DNA of 64,000 nt from Sphaerodactylus townsendi (GCF_021028975.2 NC_059433.1:49972001-50036000), one strand, 5' to 3'. Positions 50,697-63,315 are shown, numbered from the stretch's first letter. Program-made: numbers and translations. The notes: a model not told the origin generated them from the letters alone.

Positions 50697-51849
50697 TTCA
50701 GAAAGGTAATGCCAGACACTGAGGACCAGCATAGAAATTTTCATTTTTCTCCTCCCTACATATGCCCTTGAGCTGGATTAGTATGATCAGGTAATGTAAG
50801 GTCATAGCCTGACATACATTATTTTGGCATTAGTAGCATCAGTGTCTTCACAGCAATCTCTTTTCTCCTCTTATCCTCTCTAAGGGGATTAAGCACAAAA
50901 AGATGCATTCCTGCTGCCTCTTATTTAGGAGACACTTTTTTAAAAATTGCACATGCTGAGGTGGACATGCTATGATTCTCCAATGTACTCTGGTAATTTT
51001 GTTTGATTGACTATGATTCTTGGCACTATTACTATCCCATTTATTCTAACCACTTAGCAAGTGCATTCTGTTGGGTGTTTACTTTTGAGCACCACTTTTT
51101 CTCCATGGCAGCTTTGTGCTGGTAAATAGCAAGTTATAAAGTTCTAGTATAATTATGCTTTTTCTAAATGTGCCATTACGAACAAATTAATATTTTATCA
51201 CAATCACTTCTAGCATTTATAATCAAATTAGTACCACAGTAAACACAATGGTAACTGTATAATTACTCTGAATAATGTGAGTTAATAGTTAAAGCTAATA
51301 GTGTACATCCTCTGTATGTTGTACAATTGCAGTTAAGGGAGAACTTAAAAAGGATTTAAACCTTTTCTGAGACCTTTAAATTTAATAAATTGTTTCCTAG
51401 ATGTCTGAATATTGCTAATGTGTCATATTATATGCATGTTTTCTAACTCTGAATACCAACAAAGGCTATTCATAGAATTTTTTAAAAAAATCAACTTCAG
51501 ACTGAAAAAGGTGGTAAAACCTCTCCCTCTCCCGCTGCAAAACTCCAACCCTCCATCAGCCTCCCCTGGGCCCATGCACTATGAACCAACATCCTAATTT
51601 TTCTGGTCTTGTAGTGGTCCATTCTGCTTAGTTCATAGCAATTTTATATGGGGTAGATAAGCACAAATTGGAGGTATTAGTGGGGCTCTCTAAAGGAAAA
51701 CCGTATTTTTTTTTCCAAATTAATGATCAGGTTTGATGCTACTGCTGGAAAAAAGCAGTCTGAGGCGTCCTGGTACAAATGGTATCAAGTGGGCTGGCTT
51801 TTAAACTTTACATAATATTATAAGTTCATTTATTTTATTTACTTTTTGT

Positions 51850-52057
51850 TTTAATTTATTTATATCCATCCTTTCTTTCCAATGGGAACCCAAAGCAGTT
51901 TACATCGTTTTCCTTTCCTCCATTTTATCATCACAACATCCATGTGAGGTAGATTTGCCCAAGAGTGACTGGTCCAAGTTCACCCATCAATTTTCTATGA
52001 CAGAGGCAGGATTTTCCCAGATCCTACTTGGATACTCTAACCACTTCACTGCACTGG
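51850..52057 (-). mobile_element. Old tRNA-derived CORE-type SINE (Squam3/MIR-like)
   Basis: TCACAACATCCATGTGAGGTAG, GTGACTGGTCCAAGTTCACCCA and CTCTAACCACT..CTGCACTGG parallel the SINE at 23491-23797. Confidence 0.7.
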
Positions 52058-53524
52058 TTTTACAACTGGTAATGAGAAAGAATTGTGGGCTGCCATTATC
52101 AAAGTCAAGATACAAACCACTCCATAGGAAGAATAACACAAGGTCTGTGGAAACTTCTGTGTACAATAGCCTTACCCCAGTTCACTGCTCTTTCAGTCAG
52201 TAATAAGGATGCATGCAAGAATGTCTGCATGCAACCAATGATTAGCACTGGGCTGGAATCCAGAACTGAAACTAACTCAAATTTTCTGCTGCCTTGATTT
52301 GAGGGGATCGGTTCAAAGATAAAGATAAGAGGGACCACCCAGGCTACTTTTTTCTGGTATTCTGAATGGGCTTATATTTGTCTTTCACTTTTGTGGGGAA
52401 CTCATATAAGTTTAGATGAGGATTCCAATTTAAGCCTTTGAGGAGTAAGATAAAATGTGTTTCCAAGTGAATTCTCATGGAATAGAACGCTTCCACTTTC
52501 TCCGATCCTTCTATAACCCCTGTATCACAAAAAGAAAAACTGAAGAAAAATGTGGGCTGGGAACCCTCAGGCACAGTGTGGGCTGCAGTATATGGATGTT
52601 GCAACTTGAATGTGGAAATAGCATATCCTTCCTTGTAAGAGCAGGAGTACAGATAAGGAAAGAAAAGATCAAGGCAGGACAGCCAGTCAAACCAAATCAA
52701 TGCTATGCCTTCTGGGTAAAAATTCTTGAGTTTGCATAAACAGGTGCCAGAAGTTCACAATGAGAGAGCACGAAAAATGCCTCCACTTCTGTATGCCTGT
52801 CATATTTTTCCTCTACATTTTTTCAGTTTTATTTCCAGCAATTTTGATAGTATGTGCTGTTGATTATATTGGTAGTTCGGCTATTAAAATGCAGTAGTTC
52901 TTGGCCAGCAACAAAAACATTCAATTTCTTAGTCAATTGCATAATATTGAAAGTAGATTTCAAAATGTCATTCATATCCTCTGCTTTTCCAAAGCGTGTT
53001 TATCAAAAATTGCTCCAATAATGCTTTCAAATACATGTTTGTCTTCCAAATTGTTACTAGCTCTGGCTTTATGAGAACAGGTCACACATGAATGTTCATA
53101 GAATTGTGGCTCTAATGAAATTCTACATTTACATGAAATGAAGGGAAACTAATGAGAAAATAAAGTGCTTCTAGTTTATTATTCATCTTTTTAAAATGCT
53201 CCAGCTACTCTGTGAGGTAACAAACAATTTTGCATGGCTTACTTAAACAGAGTGAGAGCACTAAAGATGTTTGAGTAAATAGATCACAAATAAACAATAG
53301 GCAAAGTTAGTTCATTTTCTCATAACTTTACATAGCATTTTAGAGCAAAACATCCTTGTGGGAGAGTTCTTTTCTTCCCATTGCATCAGTGAGGAACTGA
53401 GGCATAAAGAAAATGGACCAAGAAAATTTTGGAGCCCAAAAATGTGCAGTGATTTGACCTCCTGACGCCAACTCTTTTCCCCCCTGTAAGTCACATCTGA
53501 CTTATGCCCACCCACCACCCCCAC

Positions 53525-53590
53525 CCCGTGGGGTTTTCAAAGAGATGTTCAGAAATGGTTTGTCATCTGACTCATGACCCTGGTATTCCA
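53525..53590 (-). mobile_element. Short fragment of a 5S/Sauria-type SINE
   Basis: GGGTTTTCAAAGAGATGTTCAGAAATGGTTTG...GACCCTGGTATTCC; the last motif is antisense to 5S GGAATACCGGG. Confidence 0.4.
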
Positions 53591-54640
53591 ACTCTACGTG
53601 GACCAAATTTGATTCAGGTGATTGGCTGTCAATTATTTAGAATACTATCCTTTCCCCCTTTCTCATTCAGTTTGGTTTTTTTAGAGGCTTTGAGTAGTTT
53701 ATAAAATATTTAAAAAATCATATTTTAGAAAAAATAGAGGTAAAATACCATTGTGCTTTTATAACTGAAAATATGTACTTATTCGTTAAATGTTTCTCAT
53801 TTTAGGGAATCACTAGCTTTACCCCTACACAGATGTGTTTCCCCTCACAGGTCATTAAAAAAATTATGCATCATATCTGCCCTTATGTGTTTTTCCTCTT
53901 CAGTAACTCTAAGGCAGCAAGCAGAAAGCAAGGCTTTTCTCGGAGACTAGACTGAGCTTAACTTAGAGCAGCATCTACCTGATCCTTAGACACCATCTTT
54001 TGGCAGATGTCTTTAGTACAAATAGTTTTTTATGTAGCTCTTAGAAAATTTGATCATAACTAACGGAACATGTTCAGCTACAGTTTTGAGTATGATTAAT
54101 AGGCAGGGAAAGGTGATATATTTTAAATTGTGTATGCCCAGGCTTTCATTGTATCCAATTCTTGAGTTATATGACTGTGACTGATATCAAATAGTTTCTC
54201 TAAGCAGAAAAATATTTTCCTATGTAAGTCAAATAAAAGTTTTTAAAGAATAGCTCTCTATGTTTGGTAATTTTGTAGTTCTCTGAGTCTTGTCTAGTTC
54301 TCTCTATCAAAGAGAGATTCCTAACAAATGGCTGCATCTCCAACTGGGCATTCAGAAGCAAACAGGTTTGACTGTTCCAAATCTGATTACATACTACTTT
54401 GATTAAAACACATGAACATCCATAAGGTAGAATGAATTTTCCATTACATCTTTTTGGTCTTTTAATATACCTTAATGATCCTGAGAAAACATTAATGAGA
54501 AGAAAAATTGGCAGGCATAATTCATCTGGAAAAATTAATTAATTATATTTAAGGAAGACTTCTCAATAAAGGCACTTGGAGCTTAGATGGGAATTGCTTT
54601 GTGATAGTTATTTTCCAAGCCATCCTGTTTAGTGTATGTA

Positions 54641-54819
54641 CCGTATATACCGGCGTATAAGACGACTGGGCGTATAAGACGACCCCCCCACTTTTCCAGT
54701 TAAAATATCGAGTTTGGGATATACTCGCCATATAAGAGTACCCGGCGTATAAGACGACCCCACACTTTACAGATGATTTCCCAGGGTTCAAAAGTAGTCT
54801 TATACGCCAGTATATACAG
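54641..54819. mobile_element. Tc1/mariner (pogo/Tc2-like) MITE
   Basis: 23-bp TIRs CCGTATATACCGGCGTATAAGAC / GTCTTATACGCCAGTATATACAG; TA TSD on both sides; internal repeats of GGCGTATAAGACGAC. Confidence 0.9.
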
Positions 54820-55587
54820 TATTCCACATTCATTTGGCAGAACAGATTGTAATATTTCTCCTGCAGAAAGAGATTAGTCACAGTCGAAAGTTATGGTTGT
54901 CAGTAAGCAGAAGTAATAGATGGGATGCCTGAATTCTTGCCCAAACCCAACAATCTGCAACATATATTCGCAACAGCTGCAGCAAAATCAGAATAATTTG
55001 CTTGGCATCTGGGACATGTTCTGGACTCTTTGTATCTGCCATTTTCTTAAAGCCCCATAGTTTTCTGGGTTATACTGGTATAAGGCTACCAAGTTTGTTT
55101 GACAGCTGTTAGCACCCTTACAAACGGTACATTGTGTCCCTGAATGAACAATTATGTGATTTGGGACATCTTCAGAGTGGTTGCAGTCCACATATGGAGT
55201 TCTCGATATTTTTTTTCATATTATTGACATATAAGATCCCAATTAGGTGTGTGATCCCTATGTTGAAAAGGAAGGCTTTGCCTTCTCCACAGTAACCATT
55301 CCACCCACGGCCAACAAATGCAATGTGCACAAATGCAATTTTCACTTTATAAATAAATATATAATAAGTGCCACTAATGTTTGTTCTCTTAATTCTTCCC
55401 ACATTGCAGCAGTGGCGAAGCCACGAGGGGGAAGTGGGGTGGGCGATGCACCGGGCACACTTGCAGGGGGCGCCAAAATTTAAAATACATTTAAAAACTT
55501 TTTTCTGTTTTTACTTTGTTGGCTGGCAGGGGACGTAGTTTTTAGACTAGTGGTACCAAAATTTCAGGATATCCTCAGACGACGCTC

Positions 55588-55975
55588 CTGATGATACCAG
55601 CCAAGTTTGGTGAAGTTTGGTTCAGGGGATCCAAAGTTATGGACCCCCAAAAGGGGGTGCCCCCATTCCCCATTGTTTTCAATGGGAGCTAATAGTAGAT
55701 GGGGCTACCCATTTGAAGGTCCATAACTTTGGATCCTCTGAACCAAACTTTACCAAAACTGGGTGGTATCAAAAGGAGAATCTCTTGCTGATACCAGCCA
55801 GGTTTGGTGAAATATGGTTCAGGGGATCCAAAGTTATGGACACCCAAAGGGGTGCCCCATCCCCCATTGTTTACAATGGAAGCTAATAGTAGATGGGACT
55901 ACCCTTTTGAAGGTCCATAACTTTGGACCCCCTGAACCAAACTTCACAAAACCTGGGTGGTATCATCAGGAGTGC
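55588..55975. repeat. Two tandem, individually palindromic units of about 195 bp inside the hAT element
   Basis: GATACCAGCC..GTTTGGTGAA..TGGTTCAGGGGATCCAAAGTTATGGAC occurs twice, each followed by its inverse GTCCATAACTTTGGA..CTGAACCAAACTT..CTGGGTGGTATC. Confidence 0.85.
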
Positions 55976-56130
55976 AGTCTAAGGGTATCCTGAAATTTTG
56001 GTACTGCTAACTTAAACATTGACAGGCACCCTCCAATTTTCCCCAGATTCTCCCTTTAAATCAACCCCCTCCCCCTCTGCATGGATTTAAAGGGAGAATC
56101 TTGGCTCCCTAGATTTAAAAAAAATGAAAG

Positions 56131-56363
56131 TATTGTAGAAGGCTTTCACAGATGGATTCAACTGATTGTTGTGGGTTTTCCGGGCTGCGTGACCGTGGTC
56201 TGGTAGAGAGAAGTCTGTTATAAGAGAGAAGTCTGGACACAGTGTATAATAGACTTCTCTATGTGATATACCTCTGAAGATGCCAGCCACAGATGCAGGT
56301 GAAACATTAGGGACAAGATCTACCAGACCATGGTCACACAGCCCGGAAAACCCACAACAACCA
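56131..56363. mobile_element. Penelope-like inverted pLTR insertion
   Basis: Minus-oriented part 56131-56230 and plus-oriented part 56235-56363 of the same family as 17538-17662. Host motif TGAAAGT is duplicated on both sides. Confidence 0.85.
56271..56311 (+). ncRNA. Decayed hammerhead ribozyme copy
   Basis: CCTCTGAAGATGCCAGCCACAGATGCAGGTGAAACATTAGG differs from the intact copy only at two CpG sites (GGCGAAACGTT to GGTGAAACATT). Confidence 0.7.
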
Positions 56364-56600
56364 ACACTGAAAGTGATGCTGTTTGGGTGGTGGGTGGGGA
56401 ATCTATCCTGAAACAGCACCATTTTCAATGTTGTTTAAGGTAGGGAGCCCAGATTCTCCCTTTAAGGTGGATTTGAAATGAGAATCTGGGCTCTCTAGTC
56501 TAAACAACATTAAAAGTGATGCTATTTCAGGGTGGACCCCCCCCCCCAAAAAACAGCATCACTTTCAATGTTGTTTAAACTAGGGAACTCTGGGTGTGTT

Positions 56601-57158
56601 TGTTAGGCACAGGGCAGAAGCCCTGTCCTCAGAGCAAGGGCTCTGTCCGGTTACTCAAAAATAACCATCCATAAGCTTCTTCAGTGTTCAGAGTTTTATT
56701 GTTTCAATTCTGCGCAGAAGAGGGAACCAAGACTCTCCGTAAAAATCAGACAGGGAGCCGGTTCAAAGGGGCTGTTGCTTGTGCAACATAATTTATACCC
56801 TCTTACAAACATCCCTCCTTGTCTTCTAACCATTGGCTAGATTTGGAATACGTACACATTGCATTTGAATCTCCACTCCTCATTTGGACAGGACTTAAAT
56901 CAACAACACCCTACGTAAGACTTGGCAAACTAAGTTTTGTTTCTTCTGTAAGATTCTATTCCCCACCTTCCTTTGCCCATCTGGTCACTTTGACATGGTT
57001 GCCATACCAACCACTAATTTCTTATCTTTTAGTAAGGGGCCGTTCCTAAATTTCAAAGCGTGTTCACTAGACTTTACTGAAAAGTGCAGAAATCTCCCCC
57101 ACTTCTCCTAAGCAAGGCCTCTCTACTTATAAAATTACAGTTCTTTGTTTAACTAACA
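56601..57158 (-). mobile_element. Solo LTR nested in the hAT element
   Basis: TGTTAG...CTAACA termini. Minus-strand order is CCAAT (56832-56836), TATAAA (56792-56797), AATAAA (56695-56700). Flanks GTGTT/GCATC are compatible with a decayed 5-bp TSD. Confidence 0.8.
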
Positions 57159-57524
57159 GCATCTTACTGACCTTTTATAATTTACCTCTAATATACTTTA
57201 TATGATTAAATATATGGCTTAAAACATTATAAACTATATGTTCATATCATGTTCAGATTTGTGAGTTGGGGCATGTTCTATAATGTGATGGTGACTTTGA
57301 GATGACATGGTGCAAAAAATTGTTCCTTGGTTGTAGTGGGGGAGGGCGGCCTTGGGTTGTGAGGAAGCCGCCCATACCGGACTGGGCCAGGGGGAGGGGC
57401 GCAAAACTCAGATTTTCCACCGGGCTCCATTTTCCCTAGCTACACCTCTGCATTGCAGCTGCCACCAGGAATATAAATTCGCCCCAAAAAACCCTATATC
57501 TCCTTTTGCTTGTGTGTACAAGCT

Positions 57525-58196
57525 TGTAAGACACAGTAGATGGCCTACATGATCCTAAGGAAAATAGGGTGGGATTCCAATGTTTCTTCAAAGTAAGATT
57601 TTATTTATAACTGATAGGTAACTTCAAGGTACTAAACAAAATATTTGCAAAATAAAATAAAACAGAGGCAAGAAATAATTTGAAGACTTCATTTAAGATA
57701 AATTCACTCTGAAGCATTCTAACAGCTTCTCTGCCTCTCATAATTCTCTCAGACACTGTATTTTGTCTAACAATTTATTGAGGCTCTGTCTTTCTCTGTA
57801 TGTACTCTAACACACTGACTAATCCTCTCACAGTGCTTTGACCCGCTCTGACTTTTCACAGAAAACCTCACACACTCTGACGCTTGCTCACCTATAGCTT
57901 GGGCACACTTTGTCTTGCTCACACAGAACTGACACACCAGGTCTTTTCCCTCCGAAGCCCTAAGATATTCGGTCAGGCTCACACAAAACTTTGACTCTCT
58001 CTGACTAGAGCTTTGACACTCTAAGTCTTTTTGCACTGAAACCCTGTCACACTCTGCCAGTCCAGCACAGCACTCTCTGGGCACCCACTCTAGGATCAAT
58101 CAACTATATTGCTGTTTCATCCCCCTCTCACCCCCTTTTTCTCTCTAACTCAGCTTTCAGTTTAAAGTCACACACTCACACTCTAAAAGGATTACA
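57525..58196 (-). mobile_element. Solo-LTR-like element with internal CACACTCTGAC-type repeats
   Basis: TGTAA...TTACA termini; TTTATT near 57600; degenerate repeats at 57790-58080. No TSD. Confidence 0.5.
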
Positions 58197-60367
58197 TTTA
58201 TTATTTGTCCCACTGAGGTAAACATACAGGTCTTATTGCATCTTCATGAAGATTGTTTTAGGGAGGGAAAATGACATGTAGGAAATGGAGATGACACCCC
58301 CCAAGACCAATTCTGTCATCTCAGGTAGGGGGACTGTTAGGCAGCGAGGGTGGGCCAATAGAATACCAGTCCTGTCTCTCCATCCCAAGATTAGAAGCAC
58401 ACCTAAAACTGAAAGTGTCCTGGATGGGACACCATTCTTTGGGGGGAGGGGATAGTGATGTTAAAGATTACAGCAACACCCTCTCCATCCACCAGTCTCA
58501 TGCTGATGAATCACTGAATATCCTGGGGGATGAAAATGGAAGAGGTAAACCCCTCCTGTCAGTGATATATGCCAAGTCAGCCCTGTCACCCAGAATTAAA
58601 TTCTGCTGTTTTTTCTGTGACTGATCAGGTATTTAGCAGCAAGGTTTTATAGCCTGGCAGGTTGTTGATACCAACATCACTTCAGCAAAAAGAAGAGCCT
58701 GAAAGAGCAACAGGCCAAAAATGTCAGTTGTCACTTCTTATTTGGCCTGCTGTTTTCCCATGACCGTATCTTGCCCTGATCCATACAGTACAAGTTGTGG
58801 CACCATTTCTCTTCCCATTCTGTCATCCCAAGCATATTTCTTCCATCAGCTGGCAAAGAAACCAATAAATAGCTAAGTAAAGACACACCCATAGTTAATG
58901 CTCACTATACAAAAATCCAGGCCCACCTCACCTTTGTCTTAGGTAACAAAAAAAGACACAATTCCAGACCAACCTCTCTCCTAGATCTGAGTAGAAACAC
59001 ACACAGAACACCAACCAGTTCCCACTTGATGAAAAATAATCCGTGGCACACCCTCAGCCTTTGTCCACCCAGAACAGCAATCCAGAACAGCAATCTTCTT
59101 TCTGAGGAGGCTGCAGTTGGGCTTTGGCTGTAGAACAGGAGGGAAAGGAAGAAAATAATAATGCATACAAACCACTCTGTTCAAGACAATCAGTGTAGGA
59201 AAGACTTTACCTCTAATAAAGGTTACCTCCTGAGCTGAACAATTACACCACAGTGTCGCCCCTTCTACAAGCATGCCCTCCTGAACAATTTTGTTTTGCT
59301 CATTTTGTGAAATGATGGAAGTGTAGGGGCCTTCCTAATAGCCCTGGGTAGATGGTTCTATGAATTGTGCCTTCTCAAAGAAGTGGTAAACAAGCAACAG
59401 GTCAGATATAAGTGGTAAATTAGAGCTCCTGTATGCTAAAAATAATGATACAAATCTAAGCAGAAAAGGAAGAGCAGGGCGAAAAGGAACATTATCTCTC
59501 GGTAGAGCAATTTTCACAGAATAACTTGATGTTGATCGCTTTTAACAGTGGAGAAATATTGATAAACAGACTTCATTATACTGACATAAACCTGCAGGTA
59601 GTAGGAATGATGTAATTCAACCTAACTGGGAAAATTAGTTCAATATCTAGCAGAGAAATAATGACTTTAGCCTAATTATAGTGAATAGAACACTATTTAT
59701 TATGAACATTTTCCAATAAATTTTCCCTAACAGGACAAAGTTGGACAGTATAAGGTAATTAAATGGCAGTTCATTTAAGTTACCTCTCTCTACTAATGGT
59801 TAGAGATGTGGAAAAATAACTGTTATATATATATTCAACCTATCTTGTCTGTTATTACCCCAGTTATTAACATAATTTTCATTAGTACCTCTATTTGTTT
59901 TAGGGTTGTCTTTTTCAGTTCATGTTTCCATTGATTTCCATAGGAAACAAATTTCTGAATATACATTTTTGTTTACCAGTACTATTCCAGTTGGATTAAA
60001 TTCAAAGGGATTGCAGCCCTCTCCCATGCTCAGTTTGTAGACAATTTAAATTACCACTGATTGATTGATTAATAAAGAAGCGGTGAGAGCTGATTCCTCA
60101 ACAAAACCAGAGTGTTCAGACAAAGGGGACGGAAGCCCTTTCCTTCCTTATCTCACTTTTCTCAGTTGATTTCAATTTTCTTTTTCTCAGCTGACTTCTG
60201 ACAGTAGAACCAAGCTGGGAGAACTCACTGAAGTTGATGGGAGATTTTCATTAGTTTTCCAATGTACAGCAGCTTAATACAGGTATTTTGGAGGAAGGGA
60301 TTGAAATATGGGCTATTCTTGCTTAGAAAGAATGCCATGTTTTGAGAGGTGCAATATCTGAAACTGT

Positions 60368-60507
60368 GGCGCATTCCGCATGGGCCAGAAACAGCAGTGT
60401 GAAAACAGTGTGAAAATGGTGTTAAATGGTTTTAAATGGTTTTAAAGAGTTTACACCATTTTCACACCATTTTCACACCGCTGTTTTTGGCCCATTCGGA
60501 ATCTGCC
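60368..60507. mobile_element. PIF/Harbinger-like palindromic MITE
   Basis: GGCGCATTCCGCATGGGCCAGAAACAGC / GCTGTTTTTGGCCCATTCGGAATCTGCC; interior GTGTGAAAA / TTTTCACAC repeats; flanks TGT/TAT. Confidence 0.85.
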
Positions 60508-60522
60508 TATGTCAGTTACAGA

Positions 60523-60974
60523 CAGAGGTGTAGCTGGGCCAAACTGTGCCCGGTGTGCATTTTATATTTTCCACCACCCCCCACGGCGCCCCCCTTCCCG
60601 CACTTACCTTAGTTCCTTTCCTTTTTGAGAACTTTTTCAGGCTGCAAAGGCCTATTCTCAGTAAAAACTGACTGATGGGAACTATGCTTCCCCAGAGACC
60701 TTGTGAGCCCCAAGGTCTCCTGGGAACTGTAGTTCCTCAGAGCGTTTTTACTGCGAACAGGCCTTTTGCAGCCTGAAAAAGTTCTCAAAGGAAAGGAACT
60801 AAGGTAAGGGGGGAAGGGGGCGCCATGGGGGGCACCGTGGGGAGTGCAAGGGGAGTGCAAGGGGTGCCGTGGAGGAGGGGGGAAAGGGGGAGGGGCTTGG
60901 GGCAATTTCTACGGCCTCCCAGGCGTGCGCCCAGTGCACAGCGTACCCCCCGTCCCCTTGGAGCTCCGCCACTG
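60523..60974. mobile_element. hAT-like MITE with fold-back core
   Basis: TIRs CAGAGGTGTAGCT / AGCTCCGCCACTG; perfect 8-bp TSD GTTACAGA (60515-60522, 60975-60982); inverted repeat spanning 60603-60808. Confidence 0.92.
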
Positions 60975-61029
60975 GTTACAGATGCGTGAAATCTGAACTA
61001 ATTCCCTTTACATTGGTGCTTGTAAAATA

Positions 61030-61217
61030 TATATTTAAACCCAGCTTTCCCCACCCCCCAAGTGTCTTACAGTATCATTCTCACCTCCTCCATTTTATTA
61101 TCGCAATGGAGTACATAAGGAACAGGTGTGCCAAATTTCATGTGTGTGGCTTCAGTGGTTTTTGAGTTCTGTTGATGAGTCAGTCAGTGAGTGGAATTTT
61201 GTGTTTATAAATATAGA
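61030..61217 (-). mobile_element. Helitron-like 5' end fragment
   Basis: GTGCCAAATTTCATG...(GTCA)n...TTTATAAATATAGA|T resembles the terminus at 7300-7318. Confidence 0.55.
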
Positions 61218-63315
61218 TTATTGAGAGCTGTGGAGCTACAAAATCCATTCATTTTAAGAGTTTTATCTGTCAGTGTAAAGACAGGAGACAGGAAAGAAGT
61301 TAATTGTTGTCAAGCACCTGTAACTCATTGAAATCTCTCACAAGCACTGAGTACTTAAGCACTGATAGCTAGCAGAGAACAAACAAAAAGCCACCTCACT
61401 CCTTTGTCTGTTGTCATCTAGAAGAAGGAGCTCTCACACATGGGATCTATTTTGATGGTTTCCATTGCCCCATGGAACTAACAAAGGACAGACAACCGAT
61501 ACAAAGGCCTATTATGCACATGTAACCTGCCCTGCAGTGAGCATACCTTTCCTTTGGGGCTGTTTTCAAGTTGCGCAGTTTTTAGCTGCTGCCAGGCACA
61601 TCAGATATCAAAAGGCTTGCTTTTCCAAGGAGCGGAGAAAGCTCAATTTTTCCTCCTTGCTCCAGAAGGAAAGTGGAAGAGATGGTGCTGCATTATACTC
61701 TTATCAGCTTTTCTCTCTTCTCTTCACCTCCCTGCCTCACCCATCAGAGTTCCACCCATTTGAAAGCAATCAAATGGGCTTTTTTTAGTTTAAATGTCAG
61801 TGTTCTATTGATTCAACAAAATGTCATGCAAATGAAGTATCCAAAGAGTGAGGCATTGATCATTAAACACACACATGTGCACTCACACATTTCCAGTGAC
61901 AACATCCCGCAGCCAGCACTGGTGCCGCCAGCTGCCTACACTACAAGGTAACAGGAAGGTTTTAGAAAGCTATGGCAGAGACAGACGACTATGTATTTGA
62001 ACCTTTTCTTTGTATTCCATTGTTATGCAGAGCATGTGTATGGATTTTTTTTCAGTAAACCCTTTTCTATTTTAAATGCTGGAAGTTGCTCTCTGCACCA
62101 TATAAACCTCCACTGTTCAGCCATAATGTCTAAAATGGACACCAGGGGAAGAGAGGTAATTGGTTGTTCGACTGGTATTTCCTGAGTTATGTGCAAGTAT
62201 GGTAAAAACACCCCTGTGGTGACTTGTCATTGAATAGCGGGAGACATGGACACTAGATGAAATCTTGTAATAGTAATGCAGAAAGATTTCTGGATGTCTT
62301 GGCAGGAATTTCTGCTACTGACAGACTGGTGGCAGTATACCAAAGTAGAAGTGCAAGATGACCCTTCTCTGTGTTAGGAAGTTGTCTAGACATGCAAAAT
62401 AATATAGAGAAGAACTTTAAATGAATCAGTCAGTTATTTATAAGTTATCTCTTCTTGAAAATTGACAAGTTCTTTGGGATCAAATGTTTATATAGCCAGT
62501 ACAGAGGAATGCTAGAATTTCATAAGTCAATATAAATCAGAAAAGTTTTCAAACAAGGCAGATTTGGGAAGAAGTGAATAATAAGTTCCACAAGTAGGTA
62601 CGCAGCCAGTGAATTCCAACATATATTGGCGGGTGGGGGTGGGGGTGGTAGAATCTAATGCACCTAGTATAAGTTCTGAATAAAAATAAAATATTACTGA
62701 AATTAGTCCTACAGAGTTCTGCAGATTCATTAAATAGCCACATGATGGCAGTGCATTTCAGAAACTTGATTGCTGTAGTTAGATAAACTAGCCGAGATAA
62801 CGTTTCATCAATTTAAAATAATTTTTATTCTACTCACTGGTGGATTATGCCAATAAGGGGTTTTGGTATAATGTGCCATAGTCCCAGCCAAATATTTAGA
62901 TAGGTACAAAAGCAGGTAACACACTGATAAGCTTTTTCTGAAATGCAGAAATATTGTTCACAGTAGTTGTTTATTTGGGGTCTCTTTAAATGTAGTCATA
63001 GGGTGTTGCTGTCTTTTCTTCACTTTTGTTCCCATCTCTGCTCACCACACACAACCAAGCTTGCCTTCCTCCATCATTACTTCGACTGAGAATAAGCAAG
63101 AACCCAGGTGCAAAACTCAAACTTGCATTTTCACCTGGACTTTTACTTACTAATCCATTAAATTACTAATTTGGCAAAAAGGAAATCTGCTTCTCCATTT
63201 GATGCAAATATAAACTTGAAAAATGACTAGCTTTCCAGATACTTCCTTGGGCCTGTAACTGTTTTTCTCTCTTTTTCTGTCTGTCTTCTGTTTTGTGTCA
63301 ATTATGCCTGGACGC

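Larger units (their letters stand above)
55410..57450. mobile_element. Non-autonomous hAT-like element containing nested Penelope and LTR insertions
   Basis: TIRs CAGTGGCGAAGC / GCTACACCTCTG; perfect 8-bp TSD CATTGCAG (55402-55409, 57451-57458). Confidence 0.9.

Noticed and set aside
54641-54819. Spaced GGCGTATAAGACGAC repeats resembling a CRISPR array
   Set aside because: Vertebrate DNA with irregular spacing; these are subterminal repeats of a TA-flanked MITE.
60171-60282. Strong splice acceptor (TTTTCTTTTTCTCAG) and a possible donor CAG|GTATTT
   Set aside because: All three frames contain stops; no support for a coding exon, and a non-coding exon cannot be judged from sequence.
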